A program made the position numbers and the translations under genes. The notes under the pieces are model-generated. The model saw only the letters and a list, made by a program, of their open reading frames with translations. It was not told where the DNA came from and did no database searches. DNA of 64,000 nt. It comes from an uncultured Candidatus Rokubacteria bacterium. Lineage in GTDB: Bacteria > Methylomirabilota > Methylomirabilia > Rokubacteriales > DASRDR01. The stretch is from positions 640,001 through 704,000 of the forward strand of contig CAWGVS010000005.1 of assembly GCA_963826115.1 (NCBI GenBank), read 5' to 3'. This document shows positions 22,332 through 31,791 of this stretch, in pieces (position 1 is the first letter of the stretch; each line of letters starts with the position of its first letter).

Positions 22332-22921
22332 CGGGCGCCCCGGGTTGGAACCGAGCCGTACGCTGACGACCAGGCTTTCAGGAAGGACTCCAACAAGATC
22401 GGATAGTCGCCCGCCATGGCATCCCGCTCAGAGAGAGTGGGGGAGGTCGTCGGCCATGACAGTCGCAGCTCCGGGGTATCCCAGCGGCAGGCCAGCTCGT
22501 CGCTCGGATCCCAGTAGTGCGAGGCGCCGTAGACCAGCAGGGATGGCTCGGCGGAGTACAGACCGTGGGCCACGCCCACGGGGACGACCACTGCCGAGGG
22601 AGCCCCCGCGTCGAGCTCGAGTAGCTCGGAAGCGCCAAACGTGGGAGACCATGGTCGCACGTCGTGGAGCCCGAGCAGCATCCGGCCACCAGCCAGTACG
22701 AGGTGATCGACGTGGCGCACGTGCACGTGGACGCCACGCAGGACCCCAGCCCCGCTGGACACGGTGTTCCACTGGACCGGCCGGCAGCCGAGGTCCCAAG
22801 CTTCACGGAAGATCTCGAGAAACGTGCCCCGGTTGTCGGAGTGAGGCGTGAGCCTGTGTACGGCCACGCCATCGAGCCGTGGGGAACCGGAGGTTGGCGC
22901 GTGAGCGGTGATGTGGCTCAT
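22328..22921 (-). CDS. RmlC-like dTDP-sugar epimerase/isomerase cupin, copy C
   Basis: DNRGTFLEIFR, GVLRGVHVH, VAHGLY, RWDTPEL..WP..PTLSERD; GGAGG RBS upstream. Confidence 0.87.
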   Translation of the reverse strand: MSHITAHAPTSGSPRLDGVAVHRLTPHSDNRGTFLEIFREAWDLGCRPVQWNTVSSGAGVLRGVHVHVRHVDHLVLAGGRMLLGLHDVRPWSPTFGASELLELDAGAPSAVVVPVGVAHGLYSAEPSLLVYGASHYWDPSDELACRWDTPELRLSWPTTSPTLSERDAMAGDYPILLESFLKAWSSAYGSVPTRGAR

Positions 22922-23059
22922 CGTGTGCCTCCGAGCATGTCTATACCGTCAACTGCTCGCTCCTCGTCAGTGCGGGGCTCCACGCGAGTCCTAGAGTAGC
23001 ATCGGGGCGGCTTCGGCAAGGAGCGTTGTGACGGCGTCCCACCGTCCCCGAGACGCCGC

Positions 23060-24985
23060 GTGATATCGTCCATGTTGGCGCCCAGCGACGCTTCGCCGTG
23101 GGGGCGGAGCCAGGAGGACTGCCGCTTGCGAGAGACTCTGGCCCCCTCGGTGTGGGCTCGCGTGCGAGGCAATGCTTCTCGCGCCATCACGATCGCGGCG
23201 TTGGGACTCCTGGCAGTGGAAGCTCTGCTTGTGCTGCGATTCTGGTGGGCGTACTTCGAGGGGTTCTTTCGGCCGGTCCTCGCGGCGGACATGATCGGCG
23301 ATCTTGGATTTCTGGCGAGCCATCAATCACCTCTCGCGTTCGTCTTCAGCCCACACAACGAGCACGTCACGGTAACCACCCGCACGCTCTCGGTTGTCGA
23401 CTTCATCACGTCGGGGCTGCAGTACCGCCTTCACCAATGGGCGATGCTGGCCTGCCTCGTGGTGGTTGCCGCCGCCCTCTCCGGCATCTTGCTCTGGGAG
23501 CGCAAGAGCGATGCCATCGGTGCCTCGCTGTTCGTCGTGGTCGGTTTGTTCGCGCCTCTGAACATGGCCGTGGCGACGATGCCATATTTCACGCAGCACT
23601 TTACAGGGACCGCGTCAGCGCTGATCGTAAGCCTTTCCATGTACGCGTTGGTCGTTGGACGGCATTGCGTCTGGCAACGCACGGCATGTTGTGTCGCATT
23701 CGTCATCGGATCCTTTTGCGCCCTCGGGTCCGGCGCGAATGGTGTGGTGCTCATCGTATCGGCGCTCACCGCCCCCTTGCTGCTGCATGCGCCGCTGGGT
23801 CGTCGAGCTCGGTTCGTCCAGCTTCTCGTGGCGTGCGTGACGATCATGGTGTGGGCGCGTTGGTTCACGTCGGGTAGCTCGACGGCAATTGAGAACCTGC
23901 TTCGTGTGGGGAACTGGCCGCGCGTTGTCGAGTACTACGTACGGATCTTAGCCTTGCCCGTCTACTATGTCGTTCGCGGCTCGCGGACGGCGATCCTCTT
24001 CGGGTTGTTTTCGCTGGTGGCGAGCCTGTGGGCTTTCTACGTGAGCTGGAGATCCCCATGGCAGCGGAGCGTCGCCCTCTTCGTTTCGGCGTCGCTTCTG
24101 CTGGGTCATCATTTGAGTGCCGTGATGGTCGCTCTCGGACGAAGCGGCACTCGCTGGGGTGCCGAGGATCCGAAGTACTACTACTACGCGACCGTAATCC
24201 TCGTTACGACCGCGGCGATCTTCTGGGCGAACGGAACGGTGGATCGCGCGCGTGCTCGACGTGGTGCCCTCGCGGCTTTGGCAGTCGTGGGGCTGGTCTT
24301 TGTGGGGGGGAGCGGAGCGACTCTGGGAGGGTCGCGTGGGTTGTACAAGGCGTTCGAGGCCGCTAGCCTTGCAACGGCGATGGGGACGACCGACGTCCAG
24401 ACCATTGCTTTGGCAGTGAGCAGGCCGGAGGTAGCTGGGCTATATCGATTTGCCGAGGCGCACCGTCTCAATCTGTTCCGGTGGCCCCTGTTCCTCTTGC
24501 TCGGCACCGAATCGACAAGACTGCCACTCCATGCTGGCTGCTCCGGCTCGGTCGAGGTGCAGCGTAACCTACCAGCCGGGGACGGGGGGGCGGTGACCTA
24601 CGCAGCGGGTTGGGCCGTCGACCCTGGCAGGAGCGGACGCCGCGGCCTCGCCATCGCGGTTGCCAACGGCGACGGCGTCATCGTCGGCCTCGGGGTCTTC
24701 GAGTCGGTGCGCCCCGACCTCCGTGCGCGCGTCGGGATGGCTGCCGTGCCCGCGACCGCGCTTTTGGGGTGGAAGGCCTTCGTTCGCTCCACGAGCTTCG
24801 AGCCACGCCACGCGCTTTTCGTCGTCGATCGGAGCAGGTTGACGGCATGTCGCTTCGGCGCGGTGGACCTCGCGCCACCGGTGGCTACCGACAGCCGCGC
24901 GGCAAACGACGCGTTCATCAGGCGCGTCGCCGCGATACCCGTCCCGACCTGGCGGGATCGATTGACGCTGATCCAAGGCCGCTGA
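23060..24985 (+). CDS. polytopic membrane protein, putative GT-C-fold glycosyltransferase with C-terminal extracytoplasmic domain
   Basis: About 11 hydrophobic segments, PHNEH loop motif, C-terminal soluble domain GWAVD...RPDL...GW; start uncertain; more AT-rich than the flanks. Confidence 0.6.
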   Translation: MISSMLAPSDASPWGRSQEDCRLRETLAPSVWARVRGNASRAITIAALGLLAVEALLVLRFWWAYFEGFFRPVLAADMIGDLGFLASHQSPLAFVFSPHNEHVTVTTRTLSVVDFITSGLQYRLHQWAMLACLVVVAAALSGILLWERKSDAIGASLFVVVGLFAPLNMAVATMPYFTQHFTGTASALIVSLSMYALVVGRHCVWQRTACCVAFVIGSFCALGSGANGVVLIVSALTAPLLLHAPLGRRARFVQLLVACVTIMVWARWFTSGSSTAIENLLRVGNWPRVVEYYVRILALPVYYVVRGSRTAILFGLFSLVASLWAFYVSWRSPWQRSVALFVSASLLLGHHLSAVMVALGRSGTRWGAEDPKYYYYATVILVTTAAIFWANGTVDRARARRGALAALAVVGLVFVGGSGATLGGSRGLYKAFEAASLATAMGTTDVQTIALAVSRPEVAGLYRFAEAHRLNLFRWPLFLLLGTESTRLPLHAGCSGSVEVQRNLPAGDGGAVTYAAGWAVDPGRSGRRGLAIAVANGDGVIVGLGVFESVRPDLRARVGMAAVPATALLGWKAFVRSTSFEPRHALFVVDRSRLTACRFGAVDLAPPVATDSRAANDAFIRRVAAIPVPTWRDRLTLIQGR

Positions 24986-25088
24986 CAGTTGAGGATCGGC
25001 CTGGACTTCCAGTTCCTCGCGGCCCCTGACGGCGCCCGCGAAGCTGGGCGGTACAGCGGCGGTGCGGCAGCGTGTCTGAGGACGAGCG

Positions 25089-27851
25089 TCAGCCCCGCTC
25101 AGGATCCGAGGGAGTCTCCAGGCCCACCTTCCGCTCGACGTCGGCCAGCCGGCTCTCGATTTCGGTGAGCCGGCTCCGGTCAATGGACGCTCCGCTTTCC
25201 GCGTAGCCGAGCCGTCGCATGATCCGATTCAGGTCTTGCCGATACTGGAGGCCGGCGGTGGTGGCATGCTCTTGCACGCGAGTGAGGGCGGCGCGCAGGG
25301 CGCTGACCTGTGGGGCGATGTACCAGCTCACGCTCCGGCGGGCCGCGCGTTTCAGGAGCGCGATGACCCCTCCCACCAGCGGCCTCGCCGACGTCGCAGC
25401 TGGAATCGGAACCGACGGGACGTTGCCGTTCCTGACAGGAAGTGGAGCGCCGACGGGGGATCGAGCTCCCGGCGGCTCCGCCGCCATTCGCTGGCGAATT
25501 AGCGATAGGCGCCCCTCGATGCGCCGCCCGATTGCCGAGGGATCGAGATAGCGGCGAATGTCACGCTGACCCAGGCGGCCCTGCTCGCGCGCACGATCCG
25601 GCGATTCGTAGACGAGGCGCATCAGCTCGGCCGCGTGTTGAACGTCCGGGTTGGCCCAGGTGTTGCCTCGGCGATAGGGGTGGTAGTCCTGATCGAGGGT
25701 CACGAGGTCGTAGCGCACCGGAAAGCTGTTACTAGCGTTCATGAAGTCCATGTTGGCGGAGTAACCGGTTGCGATGACCGGCTTGGCGAAGGTCATAGCC
25801 TCGGCAATCGTGACCCCGAAGCCCTCGGAGCGATGCAGGGAGACGTAGCAGTCGGACGCCTCAATGAGGGAGTTGAGCTCGGGCCGATCCAGAACCTGGT
25901 CGATCAGGATTAGCCGAGGATCCCGGGCGCGCGCGAGGAGAGTCTGCCGGAGGGCATCGTCACCGTGGGAGAACTTCAGGACCAGCCGCACATTCTCGCG
26001 CCCGGGAAAGGCCCGGCGAAACGCGTCGATCACCGCCTCCGGATTCTTTCGGGCCACGACGCTGTGGACGTCGAAGATGAAGAGGAAGACGAAGGAGCCA
26101 TCCGGGATGCCGAAGTGACTGCGCCCCACGTGTTTCGTGGGAGGGTCCCCGGCGGGCAGTGAGACGGGAATCTTGACCACGGGTACCGGGGACACCCGGG
26201 CGATGGTGTCCAGGCAGTACGTGCTACCGACCCACACTTCGTCGAGATAGCCGAACCTGTTCAGCAGGGTTTCCGGGAACTCGGGCAGCTCCCACATCCA
26301 GTAGCCGATGTTGTAGTGGCCTTCGAAAAACGCGGGCGCGTGCTTGGCCGCGAAGGGTCCGAACGCATCGGCATTGAGATGGATCAAGTTCACGGAGTAT
26401 GAGCGGTCGTCCCGCGCGTGCGCATCCAGGCTGGTATCGAGGTTCACCGAGCTGGTATCGACGATGTCGACGATCCGGTACGGGATCCCCGCAGCGCTCA
26501 ACGAACGGGCGCTGGCGCGGAGCGCCTCGCCGACGCCTTTCTCGGACCGAGCGTGCCCGACCAGGTTGACACCGTCGCGTGAGGGCCGGTGGTGATCATG
26601 TCTGCCGACCGAAGCGCTACTGGTCGAGGGCTCGGAGGCGTCGGGATCGAGGGCCGCTGGCATGATCTGCACGGTACGGCCGGCACGTATCCAGGCCTGG
26701 AACCCCACCCGATCCGCTCCGAAGATGCTCGGGAACGCCCGCTGGAGATCCGGCCGTGTCCGGTAGACTTCGTGCCAGAGATTGGTGATGCCCGACCCGG
26801 GCGCAACCTCCTCGGGAGCCCAGCCCACCAGCCATTGCCAGAAGCTGCCGGCCGCTGCGGTCTCAAAGGGGTTTCCGAATCGGCCGGCATCGGCGCCGAG
26901 GCTCTGGTAGACGCGGCGGACCACGGCTGGAATCTTCTCGCCGTTGTCGAAAGTGGCGAAAGCGTAGGGCCAGTCCTTGCTGGTCTGCCAACCCGCACGG
27001 ACCTGGCGAGCGTGGTAGTCCTCGAAGATCGGCCGGATGTCCGGCCGATCGCCGAGTGACACTCGATCCTGGTGCTTGGAGACCGAGTCGAGGCGGGTTA
27101 GCTCCGCGCCGCTGAAGTGGAAGAAGTAGAGCGGCTGGCCATTGACCCGAAGATCCCCTCCGCGCCCTTCCAGGTGACGGTGCGGCAGGTTCCAGTAGGC
27201 GACGTTGTAGCCCGCGTCCCGGACCACCTCGACGCCCGGAAACAAGGCGGGCGCCAGATCCATCCACCGCTGGTCCACGAAGTAACCCGCGCCGGGGTCG
27301 ACGATGCACCTGTCGTGCACCTGCGACTCCCACCACTCGAGGAAGCGCAGGACTGTCTCGTCGCTCCGGACGCCGATGAAGCCGAGGTTATAGGCACCCG
27401 CGACCAGGATGTCCTTGTCGCTGGGCTTCCTGCCGTCGGCAGGCAGCGGCTCGGTTAGGTGTGGGGTCACGATGATCGACGCGTGATCCAGCAGGCGGCG
27501 CAGCGGGTCCAGGGGACGGTACACGACGATGTCCGGATCGAGATAGAGAAGCTTCTTCACGCCCTGGTCGCGAAGGAGATGCCGCAGTAGCGTCGGCTTC
27601 ACCGCGGTGTTGAGCTCGAGGATGGAGTACTTGAAGCAGAAGCGATCCAGATCGCGAATGCCGAGGCGCTCGAGGGGAACCAACTCGAACGGCTCGCGGT
27701 CGGGCGCAAAGTATCCGTCCAGGCGATCGACGAGGAGCACGAACACTTGGGCGTGTGGGTTGTGACGGCGGATCGACTCGGCCAGGACGCGAGCGTAGGA
27801 CAGGTAGTTCTTGGAGATAATGGTGCACACGGTCAAGCCGGCGTCCGGCAT
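25089..27851 (-). CDS. multidomain glycosyltransferase (N-terminal GT-A/GT8-like domain + GT4 domain + C-terminal coiled coil)
   Basis: CTIISKNYL..ARVL, ELNTAVKP, YLDPD, YNLGF, FVDQRW; GT4 RKNP and SLHRSEGFG...EAM. Confidence 0.88.
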   Translation of the reverse strand: MPDAGLTVCTIISKNYLSYARVLAESIRRHNPHAQVFVLLVDRLDGYFAPDREPFELVPLERLGIRDLDRFCFKYSILELNTAVKPTLLRHLLRDQGVKKLLYLDPDIVVYRPLDPLRRLLDHASIIVTPHLTEPLPADGRKPSDKDILVAGAYNLGFIGVRSDETVLRFLEWWESQVHDRCIVDPGAGYFVDQRWMDLAPALFPGVEVVRDAGYNVAYWNLPHRHLEGRGGDLRVNGQPLYFFHFSGAELTRLDSVSKHQDRVSLGDRPDIRPIFEDYHARQVRAGWQTSKDWPYAFATFDNGEKIPAVVRRVYQSLGADAGRFGNPFETAAAGSFWQWLVGWAPEEVAPGSGITNLWHEVYRTRPDLQRAFPSIFGADRVGFQAWIRAGRTVQIMPAALDPDASEPSTSSASVGRHDHHRPSRDGVNLVGHARSEKGVGEALRASARSLSAAGIPYRIVDIVDTSSVNLDTSLDAHARDDRSYSVNLIHLNADAFGPFAAKHAPAFFEGHYNIGYWMWELPEFPETLLNRFGYLDEVWVGSTYCLDTIARVSPVPVVKIPVSLPAGDPPTKHVGRSHFGIPDGSFVFLFIFDVHSVVARKNPEAVIDAFRRAFPGRENVRLVLKFSHGDDALRQTLLARARDPRLILIDQVLDRPELNSLIEASDCYVSLHRSEGFGVTIAEAMTFAKPVIATGYSANMDFMNASNSFPVRYDLVTLDQDYHPYRRGNTWANPDVQHAAELMRLVYESPDRAREQGRLGQRDIRRYLDPSAIGRRIEGRLSLIRQRMAAEPPGARSPVGAPLPVRNGNVPSVPIPAATSARPLVGGVIALLKRAARRSVSWYIAPQVSALRAALTRVQEHATTAGLQYRQDLNRIMRRLGYAESGASIDRSRLTEIESRLADVERKVGLETPSDPERG

Positions 27852-28113
27852 GAGCGTTCCCTCAGTCGCCGACGCGTGCTGGAGGCGCACCTGGGTCTCC
27901 GGACCGGTCACGGGCTAGGCATGGGTAGCCGGTCATGACAGGGGCGTCCGGCCTCCATCCACCGTCCTCCCGGGGAAGGGCGCCCACAGGGGACTGAGCG
28001 CGGCTCAACTCCTGGGCCGAGAACGGAACGGCAACTCCGTCAGGGTGGCCAGGCCCACGCACGATCTGGGGCCAGTACCCTCGTCCCTGAATGCCTCAAG
28101 ACGGACAGGAAAG

Positions 28114-31100
28114 TCAAGGCGTGACGGTGATGGTCACGTTCCCTGTCGCGACACCCTGCTGGGAGAACCACGCGACGGTTTGCCGGAGCAGGTCCCACCG
28201 GAGGGAGTAGGTGCCGGGCGTGTCGGGCGCGGTGACAACGGCCTGGACGGTGATGCTGCCTCCCGGCGGGACTGTGGACGGCAGCGTGGTTCGCACGCCC
28301 TCCCAGGTGACGAGCGTGGGGCCCTGGTACCAGTGATAGCCGAGGCGGAACAGGCTGTTGCCGTCCCAGGTGAGGGAGCCCGTGTTCGTCAGGGTCACGG
28401 GGACGGTGACGGTGGCGCCGGCCTTAAGGCTGAAGGCGGATGCCTGGTAGGTCACGCCGTAGGGCGGCGCGCCCGGGCCGACCGTGACCGCGACGGCCTT
28501 CATTGCCACGCCCTGGGGAGAGAACCAGGTGACGAACTCGCGGACCAGGTCCCACTTCAGGGTGTAGCTGCCGGCCTTGGTTGGCGCGTTGACCGCAGCC
28601 TGGAGGGTAATGCTGCCTCCCGGCGGGACGGCGGTCGGCAGCGTCGTCCGCACACCGTCCCAGGTCACTAGGGTGGAGCCCTGGTACCAGTGATAGGAGA
28701 GTCGGAAGGGACTGTTGGCGTCCCAGGTGAGGGAGCCCGTGTTCGTCAGGGTCACGGGAACGGTGAGGCTGGCACCGGCCGTGGTGCCGAAGGTGGACGC
28801 CTGGTAGGTGGCGCCGTAGGCTGGTACACCCGTGGTGACCGTGACCGGGATGGCCATCGGGGTCACGCCCTGTGCAGAGAACCAGGTGACGGCCTGCTGG
28901 ATCATGTCCCACTTGAGCGTGTAGGCGCCCGCTGAGGTGGGCGCGTTGACGGCGGCCTGGAGGGTAATGCTGCCTCCCGGCGGGACGGTGGACGGCAGCG
29001 TGGTTCGCACGCCTTCCCAGGTGACGAGCGTGGAGCCCTGGTACCAGTGGTAGGCCAGGCGGAAGGCGCCGTTGGCGCCCCAGGTGAGGGAGCCCGTGTT
29101 CGTCAGGGTCACGGGAACGATGAGGCTGGCACCGGCCGTGGCGCTGAAGGTCGAAGCCTGGTAGGTGGCGCCGTAGGGGACGCGAGCGAGGCGATAGATG
29201 GCTCCTTTCAGATCCGCGACGTAGATCTCGCCGCTCGAGTCCTCACCGAACGTGCTGATGTTGAAACCGGTCGGGATCAGGTCGGCCCGGGACCAGCTGC
29301 CGCTCGCGGACTGCAGCCCAATCCAGATCTTCTTGGCGCAATAGTCGCCGAACACATACGCGCCGTTGAGCGTCGGGAGCCCCGCGCCCCGGTAGCGGTA
29401 CCCGCCGATAACCGAGCAGCCGCCCTCGCTCTGCGAGTAGTCCAGGATGGGAAGGACGAGGCTGCCGGTCTGGCAGCCGCTTGAAGGGTTGAAGCAGGCC
29501 GTCCCTTCCATGCGAGGCCAACCGTAGTTCAAGCCTCCGGGGGCGCCGGCGAGCTGGAGATTCACCTCCTCGCGGCTGTCCTGGCCAACGTCGGCGATGA
29601 ACAGGTCACCGCTGAGGCGATCGAATCCGATACGCCAGGGGTTGCGGAGGCCCCACGCCCAGATTTCGGGGAGGGCGCCCGGAGTGTTGCGAAACGGGTT
29701 GTCGGGGGGGATCTCGTAGTACGGTGGCGGATCGTCCTCGACGTCGACGTCCAGTCGAAGGATCTTGCCGAGGAGCGTCCCGAGGTTCTGACCGCTGTGG
29801 AGGGGGTCGCCCGCTCCGCCCCCGTCGCCGACGGGAACGTACAGGTACCCGTCGGGCCCGAATGCGATCCCGCCTCCGTTGTGGTTGCTGAACGTCGAGT
29901 GCTCGACGGTGAGCAGGACGTGCGCCGTCGCTGGGTTCACGGTGTTGGCGCCGGCCGACGCCGCCTGGTAGCGCGCCAGCACGACGTCACCGTTCGCTCT
30001 CGTGTAGTAGACGAAGAAGTAGCCGTTGCTCGCGAAGTTCGGATGGAAGGCGAGGCCAAGGAGCCCGCGCTCGCTGCAGCAGTTCACGAGGCTGCGAATG
30101 TCGAGGAAGGTGTCGGGGGAGGCGAAGGGCGCCGTGTCGTTCACGTCGTACGCGAGAATCCGGCCGTCCGCCTCCACGACGAAGAGTCGCCCGTCTCCCG
30201 AATTGGCCATCGCGACGGGACGGCTCAGGCCCGAGATCACTTTCTGCAGGGCCACCCGCCGGGCGCTCTCGAGGGGAGCGCCGTCACTCGCCCACGCGGG
30301 GCCCGCGGGATTGCCGCCGAAGCGGCGGACGCCCGGACTGCCACCGCCGCTGGCGGAATCGCCGATGAGGTTCCCGGTCCCCTCATCCAAGTGGTAGAGG
30401 GCCGCGGTGCTTCCGTCCGGCGTGAAGAGGCTGAACGGTCGCGTGAACCGGGTTCCCGTGTACCGCTGGCCGGTCGAGAGCCGTACCTCGTCGATCCAGC
30501 CGTGATAGGAGGGAAACTCCGTGCCGGCGTCATGCTTCTCCGCACCGATCACCAGATAGGGGTCGGAGAGTGGATGCGCCGTCGCGCGGTTGTCGCGATA
30601 GCTGACGTCTTGATTGGGGCCGACGTTGCCGGCGCCCTCGGCGTCGAGGACACCGTCGACGTAGATGCGCAGCCGCCCGTCCGAGAAGCGGCGCGTGACG
30701 GCCACGTGATGCCACACGTCGTCCGTGACGTCGATCGTCCCGCAGATCGTGTTCCCGATGCTCCCGACGCTCACTCCGAAGGCGAGCCGCCCGCCGGTCA
30801 GCGACACGCCGTAGTCGCCGCGGTCGCCATCCCCGAAGACGTCACGATCGAAGAGGATGTTGCCGTTGATCCAGCCGTCGACGGACCCGCACGAGACGTC
30901 CTCGGACGCATTGTCATCGGGAGCGGCCCGCATCCACCACTCCAGCGTGAAGTCGGTGGCCCCCACGTCGGCCGGCACCGCCGGACCGTCGATCTTGATC
31001 TTCACGCGGTCGATGTCCCCGGTGCCGTTGCCGAAGAACCGGAGGGACGTGGCCGATGCTGGCCCCGAGAGGAGGAGGCCGAGCCAGACGATCACCAGGA

Positions 31101-31266
31101 GGATGGCCGTGGACGGCCGGATGGAATCACCCGGCTTCGGGCGGCTGGCCGGCGCCTCGAGCGGCGTCCGGGAGTGTATTCTGTCAAGGACCCTGAATCT
31201 TCGACAGGGCTCGATGGGCTCGCTGCGGCGAGGACAGCGGACTGGCGGTGGCGACGGGTGAACCAA
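28114..31266 (-). CDS. secreted LamG + PQQ-dependent sugar (glucose/sorbosone) dehydrogenase + 3 Ig-like repeat protein
   Basis: Signal-like AILLVIVWLGLLLSGPASA, LamG WHHVAVTR/IDEVRLS, GSDH ERGLLGLAFHP, NHNGG, GDGG, GLRNPWR, NYGW; start codon uncertain. Confidence 0.85.
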   Translation of the reverse strand: MVHPSPPPVRCPRRSEPIEPCRRFRVLDRIHSRTPLEAPASRPKPGDSIRPSTAILLVIVWLGLLLSGPASATSLRFFGNGTGDIDRVKIKIDGPAVPADVGATDFTLEWWMRAAPDDNASEDVSCGSVDGWINGNILFDRDVFGDGDRGDYGVSLTGGRLAFGVSVGSIGNTICGTIDVTDDVWHHVAVTRRFSDGRLRIYVDGVLDAEGAGNVGPNQDVSYRDNRATAHPLSDPYLVIGAEKHDAGTEFPSYHGWIDEVRLSTGQRYTGTRFTRPFSLFTPDGSTAALYHLDEGTGNLIGDSASGGGSPGVRRFGGNPAGPAWASDGAPLESARRVALQKVISGLSRPVAMANSGDGRLFVVEADGRILAYDVNDTAPFASPDTFLDIRSLVNCCSERGLLGLAFHPNFASNGYFFVYYTRANGDVVLARYQAASAGANTVNPATAHVLLTVEHSTFSNHNGGGIAFGPDGYLYVPVGDGGGAGDPLHSGQNLGTLLGKILRLDVDVEDDPPPYYEIPPDNPFRNTPGALPEIWAWGLRNPWRIGFDRLSGDLFIADVGQDSREEVNLQLAGAPGGLNYGWPRMEGTACFNPSSGCQTGSLVLPILDYSQSEGGCSVIGGYRYRGAGLPTLNGAYVFGDYCAKKIWIGLQSASGSWSRADLIPTGFNISTFGEDSSGEIYVADLKGAIYRLARVPYGATYQASTFSATAGASLIVPVTLTNTGSLTWGANGAFRLAYHWYQGSTLVTWEGVRTTLPSTVPPGGSITLQAAVNAPTSAGAYTLKWDMIQQAVTWFSAQGVTPMAIPVTVTTGVPAYGATYQASTFGTTAGASLTVPVTLTNTGSLTWDANSPFRLSYHWYQGSTLVTWDGVRTTLPTAVPPGGSITLQAAVNAPTKAGSYTLKWDLVREFVTWFSPQGVAMKAVAVTVGPGAPPYGVTYQASAFSLKAGATVTVPVTLTNTGSLTWDGNSLFRLGYHWYQGPTLVTWEGVRTTLPSTVPPGGSITVQAVVTAPDTPGTYSLRWDLLRQTVAWFSQQGVATGNVTITVTP
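28117..29179 (-). repeat. three tandem ~357-bp coding repeats (~119-aa Ig-like modules)
   Basis: YGATYQAS...VPVTLTNTGSLTW...YHWYQG...TTLPSTVPPGGSIT...YTLKWD...WFS repeated three times with high nucleotide identity. Confidence 0.92.
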
Positions 31267-31367
31267 ATCGCGAAGTGCGGTCCGAGGTTACCCCCAGTCG
31301 ATGCCGGCGGGTCATCGGGTGGCCCTCCTCGCCCTCGGGGCCTGGCGCGCACGGTGGTCAGAACCGA

Positions 31368-31384
31368 TGCAGTGCGCGTGCCAA
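31368..31384 (-). promoter_or_regulatory. sigma54 (-24/-12) promoter
   Basis: Minus strand TTGGCACGCGCACTGCA matches TGGCACG-N4-TTGCW with exact GG/GC spacing and one mismatch; upstream of the LamG-GSDH gene. Confidence 0.6.
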
Positions 31385-31791
31385 GCACATCTCACTTCAA
31401 CGTAGCGGACCTGTAACTGAAGCCGGAACCGAAATCGACGAGGACGGGCGGCCCGAGCACGTCCGAGAGTCGCATCACATGCGCCGGCGCCGTCCTCGTC
31501 GGCACGTGGAAACGAAGCCACGCTCTGAAGGAAACGCAGGCCTCGTCGAGACGGTTCCTCGACGCGTCATGAACAGGGAAGAATGCCTCGTCCCGGATTG
31601 CGCGCCACGCTGCTCCACGCGATTGCCCGTCGAACGGGGCCGGCCATCGGCTCGGCACGCAAGGACAACGGCTGCGGGGAGCACCAGGTCTCGGATGGCA
31701 TCGCTAGCTTGTCGAGGACGCACCGTTCGAGGGATGATGCTGCCGCAGTGAGCCGGGGGCCACATCATCGTGTCCGACCGGAGGACCACGC

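Noticed and set aside
28117-29179. Possible CRISPR array or DGR-type repeats
   Set aside because: Repeats are ~357 bp in-frame protein modules without spacers; differences are not adenine-specific and no RT or cas gene is present
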